From: Thermoplasmatota archaeon
Lineage (GTDB): Archaea > Thermoplasmatota > Poseidoniia > Poseidoniales > Thalassarchaeaceae
Direction: 5' to 3'
Assembly: GCA_036154155.1 (NCBI GenBank)
Contig: JAYZLP010000049.1
Span: forward strand, 1 to 56,522
Length of the DNA: 56,522 nt
A program made the position numbers and the translations under genes. Positions 30,927 to 41,246 of this stretch are shown piece by piece (within the stretch, counting starts at the first letter, position 1; every line of letters begins with the position of its first letter). Below the pieces are notes generated by a model that had not been told where the DNA came from, ran no database searches, and worked only from the letters and a program-made list of their open reading frames with translations.

Positions 30927-31562
30927 GTGAAAAATATGGACGCGACTACAGATGCGGTAAAGACTGGGACAAGCACTCTAGGCATCACCTTTGATGGTGG
31001 TGTAGTGGTCGGAGCTGATCACAGAGCTACAATGGGCCACTTCATTGCAAACAAGAGCGTCCAGAAGCTATTCGGAATCTCCGACTATGTCGCCTTGACA
31101 ACTGCGGGTCTTGTGGGGCATGCACAATCTCTCTCTAGAACACTCTCTGCCGAGCTCAGACTCTATGAGCTAAAGCATGGCAAACCAATGACTGTCAAGG
31201 GTGCTGCCACCCTTACGGCGAACATTCTGACTGGAAGGCCCCATTACGTCCAACTGCTAATTGTAGGAGTGGATGACTCAGGCTCAAGCGTTTACAGCAT
31301 AGACTCTGCTGGGGGATCAATTCCTGATGTCTACTGTGCAACTGGTTCTGGAAGTCCGTACATGTACGGGGTCCTCGAGGACCAATTTAGAGAGGCAATG
31401 TCTGAGGCAGACGCTCTGAAGGTTGCCGCCAAGGCACTTCTCGCATCGGCCCAGAGGGATGCAGCCAGTGGTAATGGAATGGATCTCGCTGTAATAACAC
31501 CGGAGGCGGGTTTCCGCCTACTATCAGAGGATGAGGTCTCAAACCTCCTCCAAACACTATGA
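30927..31562 (+). CDS. psmB: Proteasome beta subunit
   Basis: Propeptide KTG|TST, GADHRATMG, TTAG.VG.AQ, ATGSGSPY, RDAASG. Confidence 0.97.
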   Translation: MKNMDATTDAVKTGTSTLGITFDGGVVVGADHRATMGHFIANKSVQKLFGISDYVALTTAGLVGHAQSLSRTLSAELRLYELKHGKPMTVKGAATLTANILTGRPHYVQLLIVGVDDSGSSVYSIDSAGGSIPDVYCATGSGSPYMYGVLEDQFREAMSEADALKVAAKALLASAQRDAASGNGMDLAVITPEAGFRLLSEDEVSNLLQTL

Positions 31563-31589
31563 CACTCCCGCAAAGTGCCACCCGCCTAA

Positions 31590-33554
31590 ATGGCGGAGTC
31601 ATTCTCTGCGCGAGCAGAACAAGGAATTGAAACTATGAGACTGACATTCTCCGAGATAAAAAGCAAGATTGGGAAGATAATCCCCAATGGCATTGACTAT
31701 GATGTCGACCTAGAGGCCGGCTCAATAGCAATCATTACTACACAGCCTGAGTCATTCGGAGGGGCTGGAGGGGAGAATCTCACAGTGAAGATTGCCAAGG
31801 GAATAAAGAGAAGGGTGGTCATTAGGCCTCATCCCAGTATGCTTTCCGACGAGGAGGGGGTGAATGATGCTGTCAACAGGATAATTCCACCCGAGGCACA
31901 AGTTAGGAGAATATGGCTCGACCCAGCGCTTTCTGAGGTAACTCTCGAAGTAGATGATCCCCAATCTGCAGTAGGTCCCAGGGGGTCTATCGTACAGGCT
32001 CTAAGGGACGAAATAGGATGGCTCGTAAATGTGGTCAGAGCTCCTGCCAGAGAGAGTAGAACGCAGACAGACATCAGGAGATTTAGGAAGGAATTGGCCG
32101 AGGACAGAAAGTCCCTACTTAGGAAATTCGGAACTAGAATTTACAGACCTCAGAGGCCGGGAGAGAAGTGGGTCAGAGTCACTGCTCTTGGGTCCTACAG
32201 GGAAGTCGGTAGGGCTATGCACTTGGTGACCACAAACGAATCTAAGGTCCTAGTCGATTGCGGTGCCAAGCCAACAAACAATAGGAGTGAGGTTCAACCA
32301 TTCTTTGCAGCTCCTGAGATGCTCCCTTTGGATAATATCGATGCAGTGGTCATAACACACGCTCACGTAGACCACATAGGAATGCTGCCAGTTCTCTTCA
32401 AGTATGGATATAAGGGTCCAGTATACTGTACGCCCCCTACGAGGGACTTGATGACTCTTCTACAAATGGACTACATCAAGGTGGCCAAAGCTGAAGGGAA
32501 TGAGCCCCCATATTCAAAGGGCGATATACAAGAGTGCATTAAGCACGTTGTCGACATTAACTGGGGAGATAAAACAGACATCGCTCCCGATGTTAAGATG
32601 ACTATGGAAAATGCCGGTCACATTCTCGGCTCGTCAAGTGTGTATATGCAGATAGGAGAGGGCCGTGATGAGCACAGGCTACTATTTTCAGGCGATATAA
32701 AATACGAAAAATCATGGTTGTTCGATGCAGCAACTGTCCGATTCAACAAGGTAGATACATTGGTGATAGAGTCCACCTACGGGGGCCCTCAGAGCATTCA
32801 ACCAACTAGGCAGCAGGCAACACAGGATCTGCAGGACCTGATTGTCGACACCCTTGGTAGAAAGGGGAAGATATTCTGCCCGGTGTTCGCAGTAGGACGC
32901 TCGCAGGAGGTTATGATGGCCATTGACGAGCTATTCAAATCCGGAAAGATTTCGCCAGTTACAGTATGGCTTGATGGAATGATCTCCGAAGCTACCGCGA
33001 TTCACTCTAGCCACCCCAATTATCTGAATAGGGATCTCAGGAGTAAGATGCTTAGAGGGGGCACTGAGAACCCATTTAACTCCACTTGGTTCAAGCAGGT
33101 CGAGTCGAGGGAGCAGAGGGAGTCGATACTCCTAGACCCAAATCCATGCATAGTCCTAGCTACCAGCGGTATGATGACTGGTGGGCCAATTATCGAGTAC
33201 TTCAAACACTGGGCACCCGAGCCAGGAAACACGTTGTGTTTTGTTGGCTACCAGGCATCCGGTACACTTGGTAGAAGACTTCAGGATGGCCATTCGCAGG
33301 TCCCATTAGTAGACAGAGGACAGACTCTGATGGTGGATGTCAGGAGTAATATGGTCATCATAGATGGATTCAGTGGGCATTCTGACAGAAACCAGCTAAT
33401 GGACTATGTTTCGGCTCTTAACCCGACCCCCAGGAAGATCCTCTGCCATCACGGGGACCCACAGACATGCAACGCATTCAGAAAGGGTCTACGCGAGAAG
33501 TTCAAGGTGCAAACTTACGCACCGGATAATCTGGAAACACTCAGATTACTTTAG
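31590..33554 (+). CDS. fttA: Beta-CASP ribonuclease aCPSF1 / transcription termination factor FttA
   Basis: N-terminal KH domains, THAHVDH, AGHILGS, IESTYG, FSGHSD; conserved linkage to psmB. Confidence 0.95.
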   Translation: MAESFSARAEQGIETMRLTFSEIKSKIGKIIPNGIDYDVDLEAGSIAIITTQPESFGGAGGENLTVKIAKGIKRRVVIRPHPSMLSDEEGVNDAVNRIIPPEAQVRRIWLDPALSEVTLEVDDPQSAVGPRGSIVQALRDEIGWLVNVVRAPARESRTQTDIRRFRKELAEDRKSLLRKFGTRIYRPQRPGEKWVRVTALGSYREVGRAMHLVTTNESKVLVDCGAKPTNNRSEVQPFFAAPEMLPLDNIDAVVITHAHVDHIGMLPVLFKYGYKGPVYCTPPTRDLMTLLQMDYIKVAKAEGNEPPYSKGDIQECIKHVVDINWGDKTDIAPDVKMTMENAGHILGSSSVYMQIGEGRDEHRLLFSGDIKYEKSWLFDAATVRFNKVDTLVIESTYGGPQSIQPTRQQATQDLQDLIVDTLGRKGKIFCPVFAVGRSQEVMMAIDELFKSGKISPVTVWLDGMISEATAIHSSHPNYLNRDLRSKMLRGGTENPFNSTWFKQVESREQRESILLDPNPCIVLATSGMMTGGPIIEYFKHWAPEPGNTLCFVGYQASGTLGRRLQDGHSQVPLVDRGQTLMVDVRSNMVIIDGFSGHSDRNQLMDYVSALNPTPRKILCHHGDPQTCNAFRKGLREKFKVQTYAPDNLETLRLL

Positions 33555-33827
33555 TCATAGTATCGGGCTATCGAAGTCGGAGTCACCTACACTGGCAACT
33601 CCCTCGTTCTCTACGTCATCCCCATCCCAGTAGTCAATCGCTACTCCGTCATTATCAGAACTCTCCGCCCTAGTTGGTGCTAGTGCCAAGCCTAGGGTTA
33701 GGGGAGTCAGTAGCAGGAAGCCCCATGTCTCAGTGGTCACATAACCCTCTGAGACGAATGAAGTAATGGACAAAGAGAAAAGCGCCGCCGAGGACAGCCA
33801 ACCGAACGCTACCCGGCCCCCTCCCAT
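33555..33827 (-). CDS. Small two-TM membrane protein with acidic tail
   Basis: Two hydrophobic segments; fills the gap and converges on fttA. Confidence 0.6.
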   Translation of the reverse strand: MGGGRVAFGWLSSAALFSLSITSFVSEGYVTTETWGFLLLTPLTLGLALAPTRAESSDNDGVAIDYWDGDDVENEGVASVGDSDFDSPIL

Positions 33828-33889
33828 GACGCCGAATCGGCATTTCATACATCAGTCAACCTCTTGAACCGTGAACTGCAGCTAGTTAC

Positions 33890-34333
33890 ATGGACGATAA
33901 ATGGCTACTTCTCAGGTGCCCCTGTGGGAATTTTTTCGGCGCGCCTCTTGGGAGGAGGATATCGTGTACACGCTGCTCGAATAGTAATGACATTGTAACC
34001 GCCTCCTCATATCCTTCTCCCGAGAAGCTTGCAGAGGCCGTTTCGAGATCAAATTTGCCTAAGGAGCTGTCAGCTGAAGTCACCGAAAAAATATCCAAGG
34101 CAGAGTCCAGACACATTAGGGCCAGAAACAGGGGGTCGAACTCTTTCGAATCTATTATTTCGTCTATGAGGGGTGCCACTGGCCAAGATGGGATAATGAC
34201 TCTCGTGTCAGTAAGTGAGTCATTGGTTGAGAACGGCCTAACTGATGTAGACGCATGGGAACTCATCAATGATGCAGAGAGGGAGGGAATACTGCATCGG
34301 GCCGGCGAGGATATGTGGGCTTGGGTCCAGTAA
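33890..34333 (+). CDS. Zn-ribbon plus winged-helix-like hypothetical protein
   Basis: N-terminal CPC...CTRC; C-terminal LINDAEREGILH helix/wing pattern. Confidence 0.7.
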   Translation: MDDKWLLLRCPCGNFFGAPLGRRISCTRCSNSNDIVTASSYPSPEKLAEAVSRSNLPKELSAEVTEKISKAESRHIRARNRGSNSFESIISSMRGATGQDGIMTLVSVSESLVENGLTDVDAWELINDAEREGILHRAGEDMWAWVQ

Positions 34334-34367
34334 CCTTCATCCCATATGCGCCGTCCCCGGGGACAAG

Positions 34368-34445
34368 GGGCCCGTGGGTTAGTCTGGTCTATGCTAGATG
34401 CTTTGGGAGCATTTGACCCTGGTTCGAATCCAGGCGGGCCCACCA
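34368..34445 (+). tRNA. tRNA-Pro (anticodon TGG), CCA encoded, no intron
   Basis: Acceptor stem GGGCCCG/CGGGCCC+ACCA; anticodon arm GATGC-TTTGGGA-GCATT; T arm CCTGG-TTCGAAT-CCAGG. Confidence 0.96.
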
Positions 34446-35192
34446 CTAATCAATGGTCGAAATCGCTTCGATATCGAAAATTGAAACTGCAACTTCGAGA
34501 GCTTCTGTTTTGCTAAACCAACGAGCTTCTTCAATCTCATCGTCCTTGGGGACTATCTCGCTCTCTTCGAATTCACCTCTACATCGGTAGGTGAATGAAA
34601 CCCAGTTTATCCCGTCCTCATTGAACACTTCTTCCCTGATTATCGCACCGTCGTTTTCTCCGAACGCATCTCCAGTCTCGCCCTTTGGGTCATCTATTGC
34701 GATCTCTATGCCCAACTCCTCCATGGCTTCCCTGACAGCGGCTTCCCGGGGATGCTCGCCATAGTCGACGAAGCCACCAGGCAGGGTCCAGTAACCCGTG
34801 AAGAAACCACGAGACACCTTGGTCAATAGAACCTGACTCTTGGAATTCACGATCATCACTTTTGAGACCACTCTGTGCATGCTCCTGTACACACATTCCC
34901 GAGCCAATGGGTCTACACATCCATCCGAGATCAGTTTGTCTTTCCACGTCCAATTTTCGGGCCATTCAATCATGGGCAGTGCGTAGACCACCTCATGGAA
35001 AACCTCGCCAAATTTGATACGATTAACTCTACGTTCAGCCCACTCAATTCCCATTGAACGAACTTCGTCTTCGGTGGGCAATCTTAGGGTGACTTCGCCG
35101 ACTCGCCCCATGACTGCTTCGTGAGGCCCTTCCCCATTCGTATCCACGAGCAGAACTTTCCCATCATGCTCAAGGTAGAGCGATCGAGCCAT
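34446..35192 (-). CDS. NUDIX hydrolase with N-terminal extension
   Basis: Nudix box [24 protein letters not shown]. Confidence 0.92.
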   Translation of the reverse strand: MARSLYLEHDGKVLLVDTNGEGPHEAVMGRVGEVTLRLPTEDEVRSMGIEWAERRVNRIKFGEVFHEVVYALPMIEWPENWTWKDKLISDGCVDPLARECVYRSMHRVVSKVMIVNSKSQVLLTKVSRGFFTGYWTLPGGFVDYGEHPREAAVREAMEELGIEIAIDDPKGETGDAFGENDGAIIREEVFNEDGINWVSFTYRCRGEFEESEIVPKDDEIEEARWFSKTEALEVAVSIFDIEAISTID

Positions 35193-35203
35193 TTTTCACC
35201 CCA

Positions 35204-36181
35204 TCAACCCAAAAGCTCGCTAACTGCGTCTCGCTCTTCCAAAAGTGCAGCGACATTCTCATCGATTTTTGACTGTGCAAAAGAGTCGACAGGAAGGCCT
35301 TCCACTACAACCACATCACCATTTTCACATCGACATGGGAAACTAAAAACAAGCCCTTCGGGAACCCCATACCAACCCTCCGATGGGAGGGCTACTGAAA
35401 CTATGCGACCATTCGAACCTTGCCACCAGTCACGCATGTGGTCGATGGCAGCGGAGGCTGCGGAGGCAGCTGACGATGCTCCTCTTGCTACGATTATCGC
35501 CTTCCCCCGAGTAGCTACAGTATCTAGGAAAGGCCCTTGGAACCACTCCTCCTCGAATAATTCTGTTGCCATTTTACCGTCCACGGTTGCAAATCGCGGG
35601 TCTGGGTACATCGTGTTAGAGTGATTGCCCCAGATGAATACATCATGAATCTTTGAAGCAGGAACTCCTGCACGCTCAGCTATCTGCCCCACTGCTCGGT
35701 TTTGGTCAAGGCGAGTCATAGCTGTAAATTGCCGAGAGGGTATACTCGGCGCGTTTGCAGAGGCAATTAGCGCATTGGTATTGCAAGGATTGCCGACAGT
35801 AATGACCCTCACACGGGGTGAGGCCACCGCATCGATTGCCTTTCCTTGGCCGACGAAAATCGGACCATTCGCAGCCACTAGATCTGATCTATCCATGTCT
35901 TTTGTCCTGGGCCGTGAACCGACCAGAAAAATTGCATCGGCCTTTTCGAATGCAATATGGGGGTCATCAGTGCCAACTATGCCATGAATCAGGGGGAATG
36001 CAGAATCCTTCAACTCCATAATTACTCCGTCTAAGCGTTGCATTCCAGGTGGTATCTCGAGTAGCTGAAGTGTAACTGGCTGATTTGTTCCAAAACAATC
36101 TCCACTGGCTATCCGCCATAGCAGTGCATATCCGATGTTACCAGCTGCACCAGTGACAGCAACACGAATCGGTTTTTTCAT
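35204..36181 (-). CDS. mdh: Malate dehydrogenase (dimeric, cytosolic/Thermus-like type)
   Basis: [48 protein letters not shown]; start moved to MKKPIR at 36181. Confidence 0.96.
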   Translation of the reverse strand: MKKPIRVAVTGAAGNIGYALLWRIASGDCFGTNQPVTLQLLEIPPGMQRLDGVIMELKDSAFPLIHGIVGTDDPHIAFEKADAIFLVGSRPRTKDMDRSDLVAANGPIFVGQGKAIDAVASPRVRVITVGNPCNTNALIASANAPSIPSRQFTAMTRLDQNRAVGQIAERAGVPASKIHDVFIWGNHSNTMYPDPRFATVDGKMATELFEEEWFQGPFLDTVATRGKAIIVARGASSAASAASAAIDHMRDWWQGSNGRIVSVALPSEGWYGVPEGLVFSFPCRCENGDVVVVEGLPVDSFAQSKIDENVAALLEERDAVSELLG

Positions 36182-36412
36182 TTCACTAACCCCTGCTTCC
36201 AAGACTGCATTATCCCCCTCGCCCTTTCCCATCTGTCTCCCTCGTTCCCCGGCAATAGGATGGGAACTTAGCACTTTGTGATTCATCGCCTCCGAGAGAA
36301 TCATATTCCCCTGCCATTCTTTCTCCGAAACCTTCGCGCCGACGGCTTCAATAAGCGTCTTCTTCTCGAATGTGTATCTGATTGGGCCTATGGCCCAACG
36401 GGAGTGGTGACA

Positions 36413-37573
36413 ATGCGCTTGGGAGTGGTCAAGGAGCCAGAAGGAGAAAATAGAGTTTCCATAGTTCCAAACTCGGTTACGAAACTAACCAAGCTCGGTT
36501 TTGAGGTACTGGTTGAGTCCGGCTCAGGAAGTAGTGCCAACCACTCTGACGATGAGTACGAATCAAGAGGGGCGACAATAGTTTCCCGTGAATCCGCAAT
36601 GTCCTCTGACATCATCATTTCAATTAGGATGCCTGAGACTTCTTCCATGGATAGGGGCACCATACTAGCCTGCGTCGCCGACCCGTTCAGGAATCCAGGG
36701 AGGGTACGCGAGGCAATGGACGCAGGAATCACCCTGATGAGCATGGACATGATCCCTAGGAGGCTGTCAAGGGCCCAAGCAATGGATGTAAACTCCAGTC
36801 AAGACAACCTCTCTGGATACAAAGCAGTTCTCCTAGGCGCAGCACATGTGCCCAAGGGGATACCCATGATGACAACCAGCGCAGGAACAGTCAAGCCCGC
36901 GAAGTTCGTAATCATGGGGAGTGGTGTCGCAGGGCTACAGGCAATAGCTACCGCAAAGCGTTTGGGCGCAGTGGTATATGCATCCGACGTTAGGAAGTCA
37001 GCTGCTGAGCAGATCGAATCAGTGGGTGGAAGGTTCATCGAGGTCGAGGGCATGGATGACTTCGAGGACGAGTCAGGCTATGCAAAGCCCCTGACTCCTG
37101 AGTTTATTCAGAAGGTAAATGATACGGTCTGCGAGGTCGCAAGTGATGCGGATGTTATTGTTACGACAGCTCGTATTTTCGGTAGACCGGCTCCCATTAC
37201 GGTGCCTTCTACGGCAGTCGAGTCATTCAAACAAGGCTCAGTGATAATTGACATGAACGCAGACGTGGGTGGAAACTGCGAACTCACTGTTCCAGGGGAA
37301 GTAACCAGCGAGCATGGGGTCACAATTGTCGGAATCGAGAATCTAGCCGGAACTATCCCTGCAACCGCCAGTATGCTTTTCTCAAACAACCTCACAAATT
37401 TCGTCAGTAGCTTGGTGAAAGACGGCAAGTTGGAGTTGGACATCGATGACGATATCCTGGTCGGTGCGCCCGAAGGATCTGACTTCCACATTCCCGGAAT
37501 GGGAGGCGTTCTAATTTGCTCTGATGGCGCGATTCACCCTAAGCAGTCCCGATTGGCGGAGGTGCTCGGATGA
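36413..37573 (+). CDS. pntA: NAD(P) transhydrogenase subunit alpha part 1 (dI)
   Basis: [46 protein letters not shown]; start moved to ATG 36413. Confidence 0.95.
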   Translation: MRLGVVKEPEGENRVSIVPNSVTKLTKLGFEVLVESGSGSSANHSDDEYESRGATIVSRESAMSSDIIISIRMPETSSMDRGTILACVADPFRNPGRVREAMDAGITLMSMDMIPRRLSRAQAMDVNSSQDNLSGYKAVLLGAAHVPKGIPMMTTSAGTVKPAKFVIMGSGVAGLQAIATAKRLGAVVYASDVRKSAAEQIESVGGRFIEVEGMDDFEDESGYAKPLTPEFIQKVNDTVCEVASDADVIVTTARIFGRPAPITVPSTAVESFKQGSVIIDMNADVGGNCELTVPGEVTSEHGVTIVGIENLAGTIPATASMLFSNNLTNFVSSLVKDGKLELDIDDDILVGAPEGSDFHIPGMGGVLICSDGAIHPKQSRLAEVLG

Positions 37574-37890
37574 GCCTTACTCTAGGAGCCTTGGTGGGCA
37601 GCATCACAGTTTTCGTATTGGCTATTTTCCTCGGATTTGAGCTAATCAGCAAAGTTCCCGCCACCCTGCATACCCCGCTGATGTCAGGTGCCAACGCCAT
37701 ATCTGGTATCACCATAGTAGGAGCCTTGATTTTGTCAAACTCGGCGTTCGATGGTGCGAACACCGATGTCGCAGCTCTGTTGGCTTTCGTCGCCCTTGTT
37801 ATGGCCACAATCAATGTGGTTGGCGGTTTTATGGTTACGAATAAGATGCTCGGAATGATAGCCGGACGACGTAGGAAGGGGGGTGAATAG
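37570..37890 (+). CDS. NAD(P) transhydrogenase subunit alpha part 2 (membrane)
   Basis: KVPATLHTPLMSGANAISG, INVVGGF.VT.KML. Confidence 0.95.
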   Translation: MSLTLGALVGSITVFVLAIFLGFELISKVPATLHTPLMSGANAISGITIVGALILSNSAFDGANTDVAALLAFVALVMATINVVGGFMVTNKMLGMIAGRRRKGGE

Positions 37891-39319
37891 AATGGTCGAT
37901 CCAGTTGTTTGGGATATCGGCTATCTGATATCGGCATCATTGTTCATTATCGGCATAAAGAGGCTATCGAGCCCTAGAACTGCACCTGAGGGGAACAGCC
38001 TAGGGGCAATGGGAATGCTATTGGCGGTGTTGGTTACACTGGCTAAGCTTCAGACCGAGGGAGTCATAGGTTGGGAGTTGATTGTCGGTGGACTACTGGT
38101 TGGATCAGTAATTGGCTACCTGATGGCTACTAGGGTAGAGATGACAGGGATGCCTGAACTGGTTGCGCTCTTCAACGGATTTGGCGGCGGTGCTTCAGCC
38201 TTAGTCGGACTTTCCGAGGCCATGAAGAGGATTCAAGAAGCGAATATCCCGGACCCCGGTGTCGAGCTCTATGCGATTTGGATCGCCATAGGGCTGTCTG
38301 GAATAGTGGGCTGGATTACCTTGACAGGAAGCCTAGTGGCCATGTACAAGCTCAAGGGGGGTTTCACAGTCCCATTCTCCGGCAAGTGGGTCAGATTCCC
38401 AACATGGGGCCCACCATGGCTTAATGCAGTTAAGGCGATCCTTCTAGTCACGTCATTCGTACTAATCTGGATGACTATCCAAGAGCCTTCCGATCAATCG
38501 TGGATTTACGCATTGGCCCTTTCCTCGGGACTACTTGGAATACTGTTTGTTCTGCCTATAGGCGGTGCAGATATGCCAGTTGTCGTTAGCTTGTTGAATT
38601 CACTATCCGGAATCGCTGCCGCGTTCACCGGATTCGTGATCGGAAACAACGTGCTCATCATAGCTGGCTCGATGGTCGGGGCGGCTGGACTAATTCTCAC
38701 ATTCATTATGTGCAAGGCGATGAATAGGGAACTTTTCGATGTTCTTTTCAAAGCCTTTGGAGGTTCAGGAGAGAAGGATCAACTGACTAGGACCAAGGTC
38801 GGTAGCGACCCGGAGGAGGTCGCGATGGTACTTGACGGCGTCCAGAGAGTAATCGTGGTTCCTGGGTATGGCATGGCTGTCAGTCAGAGTCAGCACGCAG
38901 TCAAGGAATTTGCAGATCTTATGGAGTCTGAAGGGTGCGAGGTCCTGTATGCTATTCACCCAGTCGCTGGAAGGATGCCCGGACACATGAATGTCCTTCT
39001 CGCAGAAGCGAATGTCCCGTATGAGAAGCTGATAGAGATGGATGACATCAATTCGGAGTTTCCCGACTGCGATGTGGCGTTGGTAATCGGTGCAAACGAT
39101 ACTACCAATCCCGCTGCTAGGACTGGCGAGGGACCTCTAGCTGGAATGCCAATTCTGGATGTCGATAAGGCAAATGTTGTGGTCATCATAAAGAGGAGCC
39201 TCTCTGTTGGATATGCTGGCGTGGATAATGATCTGTTCTATATGGATAAGACGATGATGCTATTCGGCGATGGTAAGAAAATGATGAACGACCTCAACTC
39301 GTCTATCAAGGACCTATAA
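37883..39319 (+). CDS. pntB: NAD(P) transhydrogenase subunit beta
   Basis: MPELVALFNGFGG, IGGADMPVVVSLLNS, VPGYGMAV, IHPVAGRMPGHMNVLLAEA. Confidence 0.97.
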   Translation: MNRMVDPVVWDIGYLISASLFIIGIKRLSSPRTAPEGNSLGAMGMLLAVLVTLAKLQTEGVIGWELIVGGLLVGSVIGYLMATRVEMTGMPELVALFNGFGGGASALVGLSEAMKRIQEANIPDPGVELYAIWIAIGLSGIVGWITLTGSLVAMYKLKGGFTVPFSGKWVRFPTWGPPWLNAVKAILLVTSFVLIWMTIQEPSDQSWIYALALSSGLLGILFVLPIGGADMPVVVSLLNSLSGIAAAFTGFVIGNNVLIIAGSMVGAAGLILTFIMCKAMNRELFDVLFKAFGGSGEKDQLTRTKVGSDPEEVAMVLDGVQRVIVVPGYGMAVSQSQHAVKEFADLMESEGCEVLYAIHPVAGRMPGHMNVLLAEANVPYEKLIEMDDINSEFPDCDVALVIGANDTTNPAARTGEGPLAGMPILDVDKANVVVIIKRSLSVGYAGVDNDLFYMDKTMMLFGDGKKMMNDLNSSIKDL

Positions 39320-39325
39320 TGAGAG

Positions 39326-40444
39326 ATGAGCATCATGAAACCAAGCAACGGTTATGAGTCTCTCACTGCCGAACATAGCTCGACAGCCACCATGAACTCA
39401 CCCGTGAAAAGACTCGCCGCGGTATTCATTGTAGTCGCACTATTGGCAGTCCCTGCGATGGGTATGAGCGCTGGCCCTAGTTACGAGAACGGCGACGGAG
39501 ATCCAACAGTCAAGTACGGGTGTTCATGCCATAACAATGGTGCGACATCTGCCAGAGCAGTAGTCATGGTCACAGGGGTCCCAGTAATGTACGAGGCCAG
39601 CCAATCCTATGAATTCACCATTACAGTAGCCGATGCACTAACTCTTTCCGGCGGAGACGGCAACAAAAAAGCTGGTTTCTTGATGACCTCTGAATCCAAT
39701 GGGGCCTTCAGCTGGGGCGATGATCAGGATATCAGGCAGGCCGATGGCGCTCCCGACGACATCTCCCATTCAGACCCTGACTCGGATGGCATCTGGAACG
39801 TCGTTTGGACCGCTCCCTCGGAGGACATTGGGCCGATCTATTTCTGGCTAGCAGGCAACTCTGTAGATGGAGCGGGGGTCCCTGACGAGTCCGACTACTG
39901 GAACATCCTGTCATTCTCAATCAACCCCCCTGGAACAGTATCGTCCGATGAATCAGGAGCTACCCTGGATACTAGGACAATATCTGTAGGTGACTATGAC
40001 ACTCTCTTTGTGGTGGAAGAGTCCGATGCCCAGAGGGAAGCAGAAAGACAAGAGGCCCTGTCTCATGCCGTTTTCTCGCAGGGCAATCTTTTCTTCTGGA
40101 CTAGTCTCGTGGCCCTCATTTTCGGAGCCCTTCTTCAACGAGAGATATTGGAGAGAAGATACGATGAGGGACCTGAGTTCCTCGCAATGGAGTTGGCATA
40201 CCCGCAGGCCATCCGCAGGTCGCTACTCAGCATCGCCTCATTCATCGTTGCAGTTAGATGGACCGCATCAGACTCCGCGATTTACTTCCCCCCTCAGGCT
40301 GTCGTTAAAGAGGGAACCAATGTCACTGAACTTACAGGTTTCTTGATAGGATGCGCCTTCTTTACAAGCGCGATGTTCGCCTACGGCGTATACAGAACAA
40401 TTCTGGCCGCAAGAGCCGAACAATCAGTCAAGGATCGCTTGTGA
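39326..40444 (+). CDS. Exported Reeler-like (choice-of-anchor V type) domain protein with three C-terminal TMs
   Basis: Signal peptide (start possibly 39392), GCSCH, W...WTAP.....PI.F..AGNSVDG, hydrophobic C-terminus. Confidence 0.68.
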   Translation: MSIMKPSNGYESLTAEHSSTATMNSPVKRLAAVFIVVALLAVPAMGMSAGPSYENGDGDPTVKYGCSCHNNGATSARAVVMVTGVPVMYEASQSYEFTITVADALTLSGGDGNKKAGFLMTSESNGAFSWGDDQDIRQADGAPDDISHSDPDSDGIWNVVWTAPSEDIGPIYFWLAGNSVDGAGVPDESDYWNILSFSINPPGTVSSDESGATLDTRTISVGDYDTLFVVEESDAQREAERQEALSHAVFSQGNLFFWTSLVALIFGALLQREILERRYDEGPEFLAMELAYPQAIRRSLLSIASFIVAVRWTASDSAIYFPPQAVVKEGTNVTELTGFLIGCAFFTSAMFAYGVYRTILAARAEQSVKDRL

Positions 40445-40445
40445 C

Positions 40446-41171
40446 ATGTCTGAATATTCATCCCCAAGGTCTGATTCGAACCCCTACTCCCATATCTCGG
40501 AACTCCACTCCGTTTTCAGGAAGACCGCCGTTCTACTGATTTTCTCAGCAGCCCTGTGGTCAACGACCTCCACTTCAATGATCAATGAGTGGATTTCTTC
40601 GCTCTCTCTTTCACACCCAGAGTCCGGTATGGCAATTTACTCTCCAATGGATTGGATAGAGGTTAGGTGGACGCTTATCCTCTTGTTCTCGTCTCTTTCT
40701 GTATTGCCCTTTTTCTCGATTCTCATGTACAGATTCGTGAGTCCCGGCCTATACAGGGATGAGAAGAAGTGGGTTTCTGTAGTCCTCATCAGTTTCTCAA
40801 TTATCGCACCTCTGGCTACAGTGGCCATTTGGACATGGGGAATCTCAGCATTCTTCTCCTTCTCAGAATCATTGGGCCCAATTGATGGGGTCGATGAAAG
40901 GTACGATATCACCCAAATTATCTCATTATCCATGGGAATAACATGGGTCGTTCTCATCTGCTCAATCACGGCAATTTCACTCTCAATGTCGAGATTATTC
41001 CTAGGACCGGAGGAGGGCAGTACCAGATTCAGAATTAGACTCCTGTTAATCTCCACAGGAATCCTAGTGTTGACCCTTCCCGTGATATATGACGGTCTGA
41101 GAATCGCTATCGCAGTGGTTGCAATATTTATTGCAGACCAGTCATCAAGGATAGTCCCTATTCGCAGATAA
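40446..41171 (+). CDS. tatC: TatC-family twin-arginine translocase subunit (divergent)
   Basis: HISEL, YSP, RFVSPGLY..EK, about six TM segments. Confidence 0.75.
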   Translation: MSEYSSPRSDSNPYSHISELHSVFRKTAVLLIFSAALWSTTSTSMINEWISSLSLSHPESGMAIYSPMDWIEVRWTLILLFSSLSVLPFFSILMYRFVSPGLYRDEKKWVSVVLISFSIIAPLATVAIWTWGISAFFSFSESLGPIDGVDERYDITQIISLSMGITWVVLICSITAISLSMSRLFLGPEEGSTRFRIRLLLISTGILVLTLPVIYDGLRIAIAVVAIFIADQSSRIVPIRR

Positions 41172-41246
41172 TTGGTCCCTGGGAAAATTACGTCAACCCA
41201 CTCAAATCTACATTTACTTGAAAGGCATGCCTGACACCGGAAAGTC

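Noticed and set aside
29775-33554. sepF-ZPR1 and psmB-aCPSF1 pairings as a novel system
   Set aside because: Both are well-known conserved euryarchaeal gene neighbourhoods
33886-34446. 186-aa minus-strand ORF starting MVGPPGFEPG
   Set aside because: This is the reverse-complement translation of tRNA-Pro plus antisense of the neighbouring gene
34300-35200. tRNA-Pro as an integration site for an island or provirus
   Set aside because: No integrase, no duplicated tRNA 3' end noticed in the window, and the flanking genes are housekeeping
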